Positions 30,968 through 41,602 of a DNA stretch of 64,000 nucleotides are shown one piece after another. A program made the position numbers and the translations under genes. Every line of letters begins with the position of its first letter. The first letter of the stretch is position 1. The notes under the pieces are model-generated. The model was not told the origin of the DNA. It saw only the letters and a program-made list of their open reading frames with translations, and searched no databases. Source of the stretch: an uncultured Aliarcobacter sp. (GTDB lineage Bacteria; Campylobacterota; Campylobacteria; Campylobacterales; Arcobacteraceae); contig OY781945.1 in NCBI GenBank assembly GCA_963677435.1, forward strand, positions 2,912,001 through 2,976,000. Direction: 5' to 3'.

Positions 30968-32594
30968 TTGTGATTTATTAATTGATTCTAAAGATATTAG
31001 AACAACTCTTTTAAAATTAAAAAATGAAGATAACTATACGATATTACTAGATGTAACTGTAATTGATTACCTAAAATTCCCAGATACTACTCCATCAAGA
31101 TTTGCTGTGGTTTATATTTTAAGAGATTATTCTTTTAAGAATCAAATTTCTGTTAAAGCTTTTGTAGATGACTTAACTCTTGAAATTCCTACAATAAGTG
31201 ATTTATATGAGTCCGCTAACTGGGCAGAAAGAGAAGCTTATGATCAATATGGTATCATCTTTAAAAATCATCCAAATTTAAAAAGAGTTTTAAATCATCA
31301 TCAATTTGTTGGTCATCCTCTAAGAAAAGATTATGAAATCACTAAAGGTCAAATCTGTACTGAAACTGAAGATTTAATGGATGAAATGAATCCTTTATTA
31401 ATATCAAAAGGTTATACAGCAGAAGATATTAATGATTTAATGTTATTAAATGTTGGACCATCTCACCCAGCAAGTCATGGAACAATAAGAAATTTTGTTG
31501 CAATGGAAGGTGAAACTATTACAGCTTGTGTGACAGAAATTGGATATTTGCATAGAGGTTTTGAAAAATCTTGTGAAACTCACACCTATTCACAAATTAT
31601 TCCATATACAGATAGATTAAATTATTGTAGTGCTATTTTAAATAATATTGGTTATTCAAAAGCAGTTGAAGAGATGTTAGGTATTGACATAACACCAAGA
31701 GCTAAAATGATAAGAGTAATTATTGGTGAATTAAGCAGAATAATTGACCACTTAGTTTGTAATGCTGCAAATATGGTTGATTTAGGTGGACTTACAAACT
31801 TTTGGTATCTATTTGCTCCAAGAGATATGGCTTATGATTTATTATCAAAATTAACAGGAGCTAGACTTACTAACACTTACACAAGAATTGGTGGTTTAGA
31901 ATTTGATTTATATGATGGTTTTAATGAAGATTTAACAGCTGTTTTAAAAGCAACACAAACAGCTATTGATGATGCTTTATCATTAATTGCTCATAATAAA
32001 ATTTTCTTAGATAGAACTCAAGATGTTGGTGTTATAAAGCCAGATTTTGCAATTCAATATGGAATTACTGGACCAAATTTAAGAGCTGCTGGTGTAGCTC
32101 ATGATTTGAGAAAAAATAAACCTTATTATGGATATGAAAATTTTGATTTTGACATTGTTGTAGGAAGTCATGGAGATATTTATGACAGAATGATGTGTAG
32201 ATTTGAAGAGATGAGACAATCTATTAGTATTATTAAACAAGCTATGAAGGTACTTCCTGATGGACCTATAAATGTAAGTGCTCCAGGAATTTTACTTCCA
32301 AGTAAAAAAGATGTTTATGGAAATATTGAAGGATTAATGAATCAATTCAAATTAACATTTGAGGGAATAAAAGTTCCAAAAGGTGAATATTATTCATCAA
32401 CAGAAGCTGCAAATGGTGAATTAGGATTTTTTATAGTTAGTGATGGAAGTGGAAGACCATACAAAGTTAAATGTAGACCTCCATGTTTTTATTCACTTTC
32501 TGCCTTATCAAAAATTTTTGAAGGTGGAATGTTAGCAGATGCTGTTGTGACAATGGCTAGTATGAATTTTATTGCAGGGGAGTTTGATAGATAA
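30960..32594 (+). CDS. nuoCD: Fused NADH-quinone oxidoreductase subunit C/D
   Basis: NuoC ERE...GHPLRKDY followed in frame by Nuo[24 protein letters not shown]. Confidence 0.96.
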   Translation: MLNCDLLIDSKDIRTTLLKLKNEDNYTILLDVTVIDYLKFPDTTPSRFAVVYILRDYSFKNQISVKAFVDDLTLEIPTISDLYESANWAEREAYDQYGIIFKNHPNLKRVLNHHQFVGHPLRKDYEITKGQICTETEDLMDEMNPLLISKGYTAEDINDLMLLNVGPSHPASHGTIRNFVAMEGETITACVTEIGYLHRGFEKSCETHTYSQIIPYTDRLNYCSAILNNIGYSKAVEEMLGIDITPRAKMIRVIIGELSRIIDHLVCNAANMVDLGGLTNFWYLFAPRDMAYDLLSKLTGARLTNTYTRIGGLEFDLYDGFNEDLTAVLKATQTAIDDALSLIAHNKIFLDRTQDVGVIKPDFAIQYGITGPNLRAAGVAHDLRKNKPYYGYENFDFDIVVGSHGDIYDRMMCRFEEMRQSISIIKQAMKVLPDGPINVSAPGILLPSKKDVYGNIEGLMNQFKLTFEGIKVPKGEYYSSTEAANGELGFFIVSDGSGRPYKVKCRPPCFYSLSALSKIFEGGMLADAVVTMASMNFIAGEFDR

Positions 32595-33073
32595 TGAATA
32601 CTTTTAAATATACACCTGAAAATGAAATAAAGTTCCAAGAATATGTATCAAGATATCCAAAAATTGACTCTTGTATGTTACCAGCTCTTTGGTTAGTTCA
32701 AGAACAAATTGGATGGATTAGTCCAGAATCAATGATTTATGTAGCTGAAAAGTTAGGGAAAACTCCAATTCAAGTATATGAAGTTGCAACTTTTTATACT
32801 ATGTTTAACCTAAAACCTATTGGAAAATATCATATTGAATTATGTAAAACTCTATCTTGTATGTTATGTGGTTCCCAAGAGATTAAAAATTACATAAAAC
32901 AAACAATTGGAATTGAAGCTGGACAAACAAGCGAAGATGGATTATTTCATTTAAGTGAAGTTGAATGTCTAGGTGCTTGTGGTGGCGCTCCTATGTTTGC
33001 ATTAAATGGAGAATATCACGAAAAATTAACTATTGAAAAAGTTGATGAATTAATTAAGGAGTGCAAAAAATGA
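32594..33073 (+). CDS. nuoE: NADH-quinone oxidoreductase subunit E
   Basis: VATFYTMF, CKTLSC...CLGAC 2Fe-2S (N1a) ligands. Confidence 0.95.
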   Translation: MNTFKYTPENEIKFQEYVSRYPKIDSCMLPALWLVQEQIGWISPESMIYVAEKLGKTPIQVYEVATFYTMFNLKPIGKYHIELCKTLSCMLCGSQEIKNYIKQTIGIEAGQTSEDGLFHLSEVECLGACGGAPMFALNGEYHEKLTIEKVDELIKECKK

Positions 33074-34320
33074 TAACAAAAATTGTAAGCAAAAATTTTG
33101 ACATTCCAAATTCTCATAAATTAGAAGTTGCTCTTGCAAATGGAAGATACTCTTCAATAGATAAATTATTTTCTATGACACCTGATGATGTTATAAAAGA
33201 AGTTACAGCATCAGGACTTAGAGGGAAAGGTGGTGGTGGGGCTGCTTGTGGACCTAAATGGGAATTAATGCCTAAAAATGATCCAAGACCAGCTTTTTTA
33301 ATCGTAAATGGAGATGAATCAGAACCAGGGACTTTTAAAGATAGACAAATTTTTCAATATGATCCACATCTTTTAATTGAAGGAATCATATGTACTTGTT
33401 ATGCAATAAATGCACATCATGCATATATTTACATAAGAGGTGAATATAAATTTTTTATTGATAGAGTAAATGAAGCGATAAAAGAAGCCTACCAATCAGC
33501 AATTATTGGTGATAAAATCATGAACAAATATGATTTTAAACTTGATATTACAATTCATAGAGGTGGTGGAGCTTATATTTGTGGTGAGAAATCAGCACTT
33601 ATTGAATCATTAGAAGGAAAACGAGGACATCCTCGACTTAAACCTGCAGGAAAAGAGTGTGAATGGTTCTTTGATAATCCAGCAACTGTAAATAATGTTG
33701 AAACAATAGCCAGTGTACCAAATATTGTAGAAAATGGCGCGATTGGTTACACAAAATATGGTACAGAAAAATCACCTGGTACTATGTTATTTGCAATTTC
33801 TGGACCTGTTAAAAATCCAGGTGTTTATGAAATGGCATATGGAAATAAAATGATAGATTTTTTAAATCAAATTGGCGGAGGGATGAAAGAGGGAAAAAAA
33901 TTAAAAGCGATTATTCCAGGAGGTTCATCTTGTCCAATTTTAACAGCAGATGAAGTTGAAATAGCGGTATTAGATTATGAGTCAATGGGAAGTATAGGCT
34001 CAACTTTAGGGACAGGAGGAATGATAGTTATTGATCAAGATACATCTATGGTTGATGTAGCTAAAAATTTGATAGAGTTCTATCACCATGAATCTTGCGG
34101 TCAATGTACACCTTGTAGAGAAGGTACAGGCTGGATAGATAAGATTTTGAAAAAAATCATAAGTGGCGATGGTTCAACAGAGGATTTAAATACAATACTT
34201 GATATATGTAATACAATGAATGGAAAAACAATTTGTGTTTTTGCACCAGCTGTAAAAGATATTATTCAAAGTATAGTAAAAAAATTCCCTCACGAATTTA
34301 ATTTATATTTTAAAAACTAA
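33070..34320 (+). CDS. nuoF: NADH-quinone oxidoreductase subunit F with an atypical nucleotide-binding site
   Basis: GLRGKGG, NGDESEPGTFKDR, YICGE, NNVET, ESCGQCTPCREG; ATG at 33070 overlaps the nuoE stop. Confidence 0.95.
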   Translation: MITKIVSKNFDIPNSHKLEVALANGRYSSIDKLFSMTPDDVIKEVTASGLRGKGGGGAACGPKWELMPKNDPRPAFLIVNGDESEPGTFKDRQIFQYDPHLLIEGIICTCYAINAHHAYIYIRGEYKFFIDRVNEAIKEAYQSAIIGDKIMNKYDFKLDITIHRGGGAYICGEKSALIESLEGKRGHPRLKPAGKECEWFFDNPATVNNVETIASVPNIVENGAIGYTKYGTEKSPGTMLFAISGPVKNPGVYEMAYGNKMIDFLNQIGGGMKEGKKLKAIIPGGSSCPILTADEVEIAVLDYESMGSIGSTLGTGGMIVIDQDTSMVDVAKNLIEFYHHESCGQCTPCREGTGWIDKILKKIISGDGSTEDLNTILDICNTMNGKTICVFAPAVKDIIQSIVKKFPHEFNLYFKN

Positions 34321-34343
34321 ACTAACTAATAACAGGAGAAAAT

Positions 34344-35630
34344 ATGACAAAAAATACAATGACATTAACAGATAACAGAAATGGCAAATCATATGAATAT
34401 AATATAGTAGATGGAACAAGAGGACCAAGTGTTGTAGATATTTCTACATTTTACAAAGATTCAGGAATGTTTACTTATGACCCAGGTTATACTTCAACTG
34501 CTTCTTGTGAATCAAAAATCACATTTATTGATGGTGAAAATTCAGAATTAAGATATAGAGGTTATGATATTACAGATTTAGCTGGTAAACACTCTTTCTT
34601 AGATGTTTCTTATTTATTAATGAGAGGAAAACTTCCAACTCCAGAGGCTTCTAAAAACTTTGATTTAGAAATCAGACATAGATCATTCTTACATGAAGGA
34701 ATCATTAGATTATTTGATGCATTACCAGATGGTGCTCACCCAATGGCAACTATGGGAGCTGCAACTATGGCTCTTGCTGCATTCTATAAAGATCACTTAC
34801 ATTTAGAAGATGAAGAAGCATTTAAAATGATGAGAAGAAGAATCTTAGCTAAAATGCCAGTAATTGCTGCAATGGCTTATAGAAATTCAATTGGTACACC
34901 ACTAATTTATCCAGATGTAAATAGATATTTCACTGAAAACTTCTTATATATGTTAAGAGCATATCCAGGTGGGAAAATGAAATATTTAGGTGATGGAGTA
35001 AATGATGAAATCAAACAAGTTGAAATTGATGCACTTGATGCAATCTTAACTTTACATGCTGATCATGAACAAAATGCTTCTACTACAACTGTAAGAAATG
35101 TAGGTTCTACTGAAGCTCACCCTTATGTTGCAATTGCTTCTGGTATCTCTGCTTTATGGGGATCTGCTCATGGTGGAGCTAATGAGAAAGTTATGGATCA
35201 ATTAAGATTAATTGGTGATGTTAAAAATGTTCCTACTTATATTGCAAAAGCAAAAGATAGAAATGACCCATTTAGATTAATGGGATTCGGACACAGAGTT
35301 TACAAAAATAGAGATCCTAGAGCTGAAACATTAAAAGGTTTACAAGATAAATTAAAAGAAGAGTTAAAACTAGATTCTAAATTACTTGATATTGCCCATG
35401 CTGTTGAACAAGCTGCTTTAAGTGATGATTACTTCAAAGAAAGAGGTTTATACCCAAATATTGACTTCTACTCAGGTGTAATTTTAACAGCTCTTAGAAT
35501 TCCAATTGCAATGTTTACTCCAATCTTTGTTATTGGTAGAACTCCAGGATGGTTAGCACAATGGTCAGAATTAAAACAAGATCCAAAACACAAAATAGCA
35601 AGACCTAGACAATTATATACAGGTAACTAA
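34344..35630 (+). CDS. gltA: Citrate synthase (type II-like)
   Basis: YDPGYTSTASC, LHADHEQNAST, HGGANE, MGFGHRVYK, YPNIDFYSG. Confidence 0.97.
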   Translation: MTKNTMTLTDNRNGKSYEYNIVDGTRGPSVVDISTFYKDSGMFTYDPGYTSTASCESKITFIDGENSELRYRGYDITDLAGKHSFLDVSYLLMRGKLPTPEASKNFDLEIRHRSFLHEGIIRLFDALPDGAHPMATMGAATMALAAFYKDHLHLEDEEAFKMMRRRILAKMPVIAAMAYRNSIGTPLIYPDVNRYFTENFLYMLRAYPGGKMKYLGDGVNDEIKQVEIDALDAILTLHADHEQNASTTTVRNVGSTEAHPYVAIASGISALWGSAHGGANEKVMDQLRLIGDVKNVPTYIAKAKDRNDPFRLMGFGHRVYKNRDPRAETLKGLQDKLKEELKLDSKLLDIAHAVEQAALSDDYFKERGLYPNIDFYSGVILTALRIPIAMFTPIFVIGRTPGWLAQWSELKQDPKHKIARPRQLYTGN

Positions 35631-35662
35631 AAAAAACTAACTTAAGTGTAAGGGGATAAAAT

Positions 35663-37099
35663 ATGAGTGAAATGGTTGACATCACAATCAATGGAGCACA
35701 AATGCAAGCTAGCAAAGGCAGCTTGCTAATTGATAAGTTATTGGATGAAAACATCCATATACCTCATTTTTGTTATCACCAAGCCTTAGGAAAAGACGGT
35801 AATTGCAGAATGTGTATGGTGGAAATTGAGGGGCAAAAAAGACCTCAGATTGCCTGCGATACTCCTGTAAAAGAAGGAATGATTGTAAGAACAACGGGTA
35901 AAAATATCGAAAAAGTAAGAAGAGATATTCTTGAACTTGAACTTATTAATCATCCAATAGATTGCCCAACTTGTGATCAAGCGGGAGAGTGTAAACTACA
36001 AGATTACTACATGCTATCTGGTTTTTATGAATCACGAATAAATGTAGAAGCAAAAAATCATGCAAGAAAAAGGACTGACTTAGGTTCTAATGTAATGCTT
36101 GATCAAGAAAGATGTGTACTTTGTACTAGATGTATAAGATTTTGCTCAAATATTACAAAAACAAATGAATTAGGTGTTATAAACAGAGGAGATCACTCAG
36201 TGATTGGAACTTTCCCTGGAAAGCCTCTTGATAATCCTTATGCCATGAATGTTATTGACATTTGTCCAGTTGGAGCTTTAACAAACAAAGACTTTAGATT
36301 TAAACAAAGAGTTTGGTTCTTAGAAACTTTTGATGCAATTTGTAATGGTTGTTCAAAAGGGTGTAATATTTATGTTGATCACAGAAAAGAAAAATATAAA
36401 GATGACCAAATTTTCAGATTTAGACCAAGAGTAAATAAAGCTATAAATGGTTGGTTTATGTGTGATGAGGGAAGATTGTCATATACAAACGAAAGCACAA
36501 ATAGATTTGAAACTGCACAAATTGATAAAAATCCAACATTAATTGATAATACTATTACAAATATTTTTAAAGAACTATCAACAAATAAAAATATCCTATT
36601 CGTATTAAGTGCAAATCTTTCTTATGAAGAGATGTTAAATGTAAAAAATTTAGCAGCAAAATTAAATGTTCAAGTTTCTGGTTATTCTCCAAACACAATA
36701 GATGAAAACTTTGGAGATGATTATTTAAGAAATAATGATAGAGCTGTAAATAGAAACTCATTTAAAGAGTTAGAAATAGATGAAACAAAAGAGTTTTTTG
36801 ATTCATCTCTAAATTCTGCTTCTTTAGTAATAATAATTGAAAATAACTATTTTGACAATAATAAATCTTTACTTCAAAACAAAAAAGTAATATCTTTATT
36901 TAGTCATAAGTGTGAAACTATTGAGTATTCAAATATTGCTATTCCTCTTGCTTCATTTTATGAAAAATCAGGAACATATATAAATGCTGAGGGGATTAAA
37001 CAAAAAGTTATTTCAAAAATGAATAAAAATACTCCACAAAAAACTATTACAACAATAATCGAAGATTTAAAATCTATGATTGAGAAAGGAACTGTATGA
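35663..37099 (+). CDS. nuoG: NADH-quinone oxidoreductase subunit G (short form)
   Basis: IPHFCY..GNCRMC (N1b), HPIDCPTCDQAGEC (N5), CVLCTRC (N4), CNGCSKGC...C (N7-type). Confidence 0.93.
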   Translation: MSEMVDITINGAQMQASKGSLLIDKLLDENIHIPHFCYHQALGKDGNCRMCMVEIEGQKRPQIACDTPVKEGMIVRTTGKNIEKVRRDILELELINHPIDCPTCDQAGECKLQDYYMLSGFYESRINVEAKNHARKRTDLGSNVMLDQERCVLCTRCIRFCSNITKTNELGVINRGDHSVIGTFPGKPLDNPYAMNVIDICPVGALTNKDFRFKQRVWFLETFDAICNGCSKGCNIYVDHRKEKYKDDQIFRFRPRVNKAINGWFMCDEGRLSYTNESTNRFETAQIDKNPTLIDNTITNIFKELSTNKNILFVLSANLSYEEMLNVKNLAAKLNVQVSGYSPNTIDENFGDDYLRNNDRAVNRNSFKELEIDETKEFFDSSLNSASLVIIIENNYFDNNKSLLQNKKVISLFSHKCETIEYSNIAIPLASFYEKSGTYINAEGIKQKVISKMNKNTPQKTITTIIEDLKSMIEKGTV

Positions 37100-38379
37100 G
37101 TACTTCATCAATAGTTATTATAATTGTAAATATACTTATAACTGTTATTCTAGCAGTTGGATTAACTCCTGTTTTTGTATGGTGGGAAAGAAGAATATCT
37201 GCATTTATGCAAGATAGAAGTGGTCCAAATAGATGTCATATTGGGCCATTTAGATTAGGTGGTGTAATACAAAGTTTTGCAGATATGTTAAAACTTATAT
37301 TCAAAGAAGACTTTACAGCTTCACATATCAAATATAAATTTTTCTTTACAATAGCACCTGTTATTGTATTTTTCTGTTCTTTTTTAACATTTGCAGTTAT
37401 ACCATTTGCAGATATTTTAGTAATTGATGGAAAAGAAAACATAATGCAAGCAATTCCAAATCAATTGGGGATTATGTGGTTTTTAGCCTTTGCAGGACTT
37501 AGCGTTTATGGGATTATTCTTGGAGGATATTCTTCTGGAAGTAAATATGGACTTTTAGGTTCAATTAGAGCTTCAGCTCAGGTTATCTCTTATGAAGCTG
37601 CTATGGGATTAGCTATTATCTCTATGATTTTATCTTATGGTTCAATTCATTTAACAGATATAGTAAATGCTCAAGCTGGAACTTATTTTGGCGTTGTTCC
37701 TATGTGGGGAATATTTATACAACCATTGGCTGCTATTATTTTTATTGTTTGTTCTTTTGCAGAAACAAATAGAGCTCCATTTGACTTAGCAGAAGGAGAA
37801 TCTGAATTAGTTGCTGGTTATCATACAGAATATTCAGCTATGAAATTTGGTCTTTTTCAAGTTGGAGAATATGCAGCGATGAGTGCATCAAGTGCACTTA
37901 TAGTTACTTTATTTTTTGGTGGTTATCAAATCCCATGGTTAGATACTCAAGCAATTCAAAGTAATATTACTTATGTAATTAGTGCAATAATAATAATTCT
38001 TCCAATTAAAATCTATTTTTTTGTTACATGGATGAAAAAAAATAATCGTGCAATTGGAGCTAATAAGTCAAGGGAAAAAGAGACAAAAGTTTTAACAGCT
38101 GTGTTCTCTTCAATTGCAGTATTTATTGTACTTGTATTAATCTCTTTTTTAATCACAGGACTTGGAACTAATGGTGTAAATATTGCTACAGCTGTTATTC
38201 AAGTAGGGACTTTTTTAATAAAATTCTTTATGATGGCTTTTGTTTATATTTGGGTTAGATGGACAGTTTTAAGATTCAGATATGATCAATTACAAATGTT
38301 AGGTTGGAAAGTACTAATTCCATTAGCACTTTTAAATATCGTAATAACTGCAATCTTTGTTGTAGTAAGAGGAAGTTAA
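37096..38379 (+). CDS. nuoH: NADH-quinone oxidoreductase subunit H
   Basis: ERR...QDRSGP, AETNRAPFDLAEGESELVAG, RFRYDQL. Confidence 0.96.
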   Translation: MSTSSIVIIIVNILITVILAVGLTPVFVWWERRISAFMQDRSGPNRCHIGPFRLGGVIQSFADMLKLIFKEDFTASHIKYKFFFTIAPVIVFFCSFLTFAVIPFADILVIDGKENIMQAIPNQLGIMWFLAFAGLSVYGIILGGYSSGSKYGLLGSIRASAQVISYEAAMGLAIISMILSYGSIHLTDIVNAQAGTYFGVVPMWGIFIQPLAAIIFIVCSFAETNRAPFDLAEGESELVAGYHTEYSAMKFGLFQVGEYAAMSASSALIVTLFFGGYQIPWLDTQAIQSNITYVISAIIIILPIKIYFFVTWMKKNNRAIGANKSREKETKVLTAVFSSIAVFIVLVLISFLITGLGTNGVNIATAVIQVGTFLIKFFMMAFVYIWVRWTVLRFRYDQLQMLGWKVLIPLALLNIVITAIFVVVRGS

Positions 38380-38380
38380 A

Positions 38381-38887
38381 ATGGGAATAAAAGTAGTACC
38401 AAGATACGGTAAATCATTCAAAGATAAACTATACCTTCCTGCAATTGCAGGAGGAATGAAAACAACATTTAAACATTTCGTTAAGAATCTTACTGATATA
38501 AGTAATTTAAAAACTATGCAATATCCAGAAGTTCAACCGACAGATTTAAATGAAAGATATAGAGGTGTTCACAGACTTACAAAACATGAAAATGATACAG
38601 AGAAATGTGTAGCATGTTTTATGTGTGCAACTGCCTGTCCAGCTGATTGTATTTTTATTGAAGCAGAAGAGAGATTTGATGGTTATGATGAAAAAAGACC
38701 TAAAGAGTTTAAAATTGACCTTTTAGAGTGTGTATTTTGTGGATATTGTGTTGAAGCTTGTCCTTGTGATGCAATTAGAATGGACACAGGAATTTTTGCA
38801 TTTACTGCTAGTAAAAGAGAAGATTTTGTACTTGATAAAAAAGCATTAATGGCAAATGAGAGATCAAAGGATTTAAACAATGGCTGA
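38381..38887 (+). CDS. nuoI: NADH-quinone oxidoreductase subunit I
   Basis: RYRGVH, CVACFMCATACP, CVFCGYCVEACP. Confidence 0.96.
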   Translation: MGIKVVPRYGKSFKDKLYLPAIAGGMKTTFKHFVKNLTDISNLKTMQYPEVQPTDLNERYRGVHRLTKHENDTEKCVACFMCATACPADCIFIEAEERFDGYDEKRPKEFKIDLLECVFCGYCVEACPCDAIRMDTGIFAFTASKREDFVLDKKALMANERSKDLNNG

Positions 38888-39407
38888 TTTAATTTTTATT
38901 GCATTGGCATTTTTAGCAATTAGTGGTGCTATTGCTATGATTTTATATGCAAATCCAATGTATAGTGCCCTTGGTATTTTAATAACAATGTTAAGTGTTG
39001 CAGGAATGTTTGCACTTTTAAATGCTACATTTTTATTCCTAGTTCAAATTATTGTTTATGCTGGTGCAATTATGACTCTAATTTTATTTATTCTAATGTT
39101 CTTAAATATAAAAGAAGAAGATTTACCTAAAGAGCCAAATAAGTATAAGCTGATAGCTATTGGGGCCATTATTATGATTCCATTAAATGTTCTTATCTTA
39201 AAAGCTGTCGCTAAATTACCTGAAAAAGATTTAAGCATTAGTAACACAGAATTTGGAGATATAAAACCCGTAGGAATGGAACTATATAATAATTGGTTTA
39301 TTGCTTTTGAATTAATTTCTATTTTACTATTAATTGCACTTATTGGTTCAGTAGTACTTGCAAAAAGAAGAAAGTCTAAAATTAATAACAAAGGAGAACA
39401 ATTATGA
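38880..39407 (+). CDS. nuoJ: NADH-quinone oxidoreductase subunit J
   Basis: QIIVYAGAIMTLILF, FELISILLLIA. Confidence 0.94.
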   Translation: MADLIFIALAFLAISGAIAMILYANPMYSALGILITMLSVAGMFALLNATFLFLVQIIVYAGAIMTLILFILMFLNIKEEDLPKEPNKYKLIAIGAIIMIPLNVLILKAVAKLPEKDLSISNTEFGDIKPVGMELYNNWFIAFELISILLLIALIGSVVLAKRRKSKINNKGEQL

Positions 39408-39718
39408 TTTCATTAACATCTTATGCCTTTGTATCAATGATGTTATTCTCTATTGGAGTAATTGGAGTGATTGCAAGAAGAAATATCTTCGTTATTTATA
39501 TGTCACTTGAACTTATGTTAAATGGAGTTAGTCTATTTTTAGTAACCTTTGCTAGATACCATTTTAATATGGATCCACAAATTATTACAATTATGGTTAT
39601 ATCAATTGCTGCTGCTGAGGCTGCTATATTTTTATCTGTTATAATTTTATTATACAGATCAAGAAAATCTTTGGATACTGATATTTTCACAACTCTTACA
39701 CAGGGGGAAAATTCATGA
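39404..39718 (+). CDS. nuoK: NADH-quinone oxidoreductase subunit K
   Basis: RRN...MSLELMLN, AAAEAA. Confidence 0.95.
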   Translation: MISLTSYAFVSMMLFSIGVIGVIARRNIFVIYMSLELMLNGVSLFLVTFARYHFNMDPQIITIMVISIAAAEAAIFLSVIILLYRSRKSLDTDIFTTLTQGENS

Positions 39719-41601
39719 ATACCTCACTATTAGTATGGATTATTTTAGCTCCTCTTTTAGGATCAATTCTAAGTGGTTTATTATATTTTTATAACATAAA
39801 GAAAAGTAAGGTATCTGATATTTATTTTTCATTAATTGGAACAATAACTCCTTTTATCTCTTTTTTAATAACTCTTTCTTTATTTTTAAGAATGAATGAT
39901 GAAAAAATTATCTTTAAACAACAACTTTTCACTTGGTTAAGTGTTGATAAGTTAAATATTGAAATGGCTTTTTTAGGGGATAATCTTTCAATATTTATGT
40001 CAATGTTTGTAACTTTTGTTGGTTGGCTAATTCATATTTATGCGGTTGGATATATGAAAGGTGATAATGGATACGGTAAATTTTTTGCCTATTTTAACTT
40101 ATTCTTAGCTTCTATGTTAATTTTAGTATTAGCTGATAATCCAATTATTTTATTTATAGGATGGGAAGGTGTTGGAGTTTGTTCATACCTTTTAATTAAA
40201 TTCTATTATGGAAATGCTATGAATGTATTAGCTGCAAACAAAGCATTTATCGCAAATAGAGTTGGGGATTTTGGTTTTATATTAGGAATTGTAACTCTAT
40301 TTTTTGCCTTAGGTCAAGTTGATTTATCTTTTGATTCAATTGAAGCAAACTTAAGTAATGTTTCAAATGAATTGCTACTTCTTTCAGGTTTTTTATTATT
40401 TGTTGGAGCCATGGGAAAATCAGCTCAAATTCCACTTTATGTTTGGCTTCCTGATGCAATGGCAGGACCTACTCCAATTTCAGCTTTAATTCACGCAGCA
40501 ACAATGGTAACAGCTGGGGTTTATATGGTTGCAAGATTTCACTTTTTATATGCCGGAATCGAAGAAATAGGATTATTCATAGCTTATATTGGAGCTTTTT
40601 CAGCTTTATTTGCAGCAATCATTGCTACAAGACAAACAGACATTAAAAAAATTCTAGCTTACTCAACTATGAGTCAATTAGGGTATATGTTCATTGCCGT
40701 TGGACTTGGTTTTTATTCAACTGGACTTTTTCATGTATTTACACATGCATTTTTTAAAGCAATGTTATTCATGGGAGCAGGTGGCGTAATTATGGCAGTT
40801 CATCATGAACAAAATATTTTCAAAATTGCACAACATAGAGCAACTTTACCAATCATTGGAACAACTTTTTTAATAGGTGTTATTGCAATTTCTGGAATTC
40901 CTCCATTTTCTGGATTCTTTTCAAAAGATGCAATATTAGCAGCTGCTTTTCAAGAGGGTCAATATTTTATTTGGTTAATTGGTATGTTTACCGCATTTTT
41001 AACAGCCTTTTATATGTTTAGAATGTATTACATAGTTTTTGTAGCACCAAATCATCACGATGAGCATTATGTTTACACATCAAAAACAATAACAATTCCT
41101 TTATTGATTTTAGCTATTGGTGCTATTGGTGCTGGTTTTTTAAATCTTCCTGCTGTTTTTGGAGGAAATCATTTTGTAGATACTTGGTTAGAGCAACTTC
41201 ATTCAAAAGATATTCACATGAGTCACTTAACAGAGTATGTTTTAATGGTTCTATCAGTTGTAGTTGCTGCTGCTGGAATTGTAGTAGCTCATAAAAAATA
41301 TGCAAAATTTGATGTAACAAAACCAGAAGATGAAACAGGTTTAATTGGGAACAAATTTTACATTGATGAAATTTATAATGTTTTATTTGTTCAATCATCA
41401 AAAAAATTATCTACATTTATTGATAAAGTTTTAGATGAAAAAGTTATCGATGCATTTGTTATGAATTCATCAATCGGTTTTGTAAATATTGGTAAAAGAG
41501 TTGCCATGATACAAAATGCAAATGTTAGATTTTATGCTGCATTTATGCTAATAGGTATGACTTCAATCTTTATCTATTTATATATCACATTAGGATTATA
41601 G
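39715..41601 (+). CDS. nuoL: NADH-quinone oxidoreductase subunit L
   Basis: GWEGVG, GKSAQIPLYVWLPDAMAGPTPISALIHAATMV, THAFFKA. Confidence 0.97.
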   Translation: MNTSLLVWIILAPLLGSILSGLLYFYNIKKSKVSDIYFSLIGTITPFISFLITLSLFLRMNDEKIIFKQQLFTWLSVDKLNIEMAFLGDNLSIFMSMFVTFVGWLIHIYAVGYMKGDNGYGKFFAYFNLFLASMLILVLADNPIILFIGWEGVGVCSYLLIKFYYGNAMNVLAANKAFIANRVGDFGFILGIVTLFFALGQVDLSFDSIEANLSNVSNELLLLSGFLLFVGAMGKSAQIPLYVWLPDAMAGPTPISALIHAATMVTAGVYMVARFHFLYAGIEEIGLFIAYIGAFSALFAAIIATRQTDIKKILAYSTMSQLGYMFIAVGLGFYSTGLFHVFTHAFFKAMLFMGAGGVIMAVHHEQNIFKIAQHRATLPIIGTTFLIGVIAISGIPPFSGFFSKDAILAAAFQEGQYFIWLIGMFTAFLTAFYMFRMYYIVFVAPNHHDEHYVYTSKTITIPLLILAIGAIGAGFLNLPAVFGGNHFVDTWLEQLHSKDIHMSHLTEYVLMVLSVVVAAAGIVVAHKKYAKFDVTKPEDETGLIGNKFYIDEIYNVLFVQSSKKLSTFIDKVLDEKVIDAFVMNSSIGFVNIGKRVAMIQNANVRFYAAFMLIGMTSIFIYLYITLGL

Positions 41602-41602
41602 T

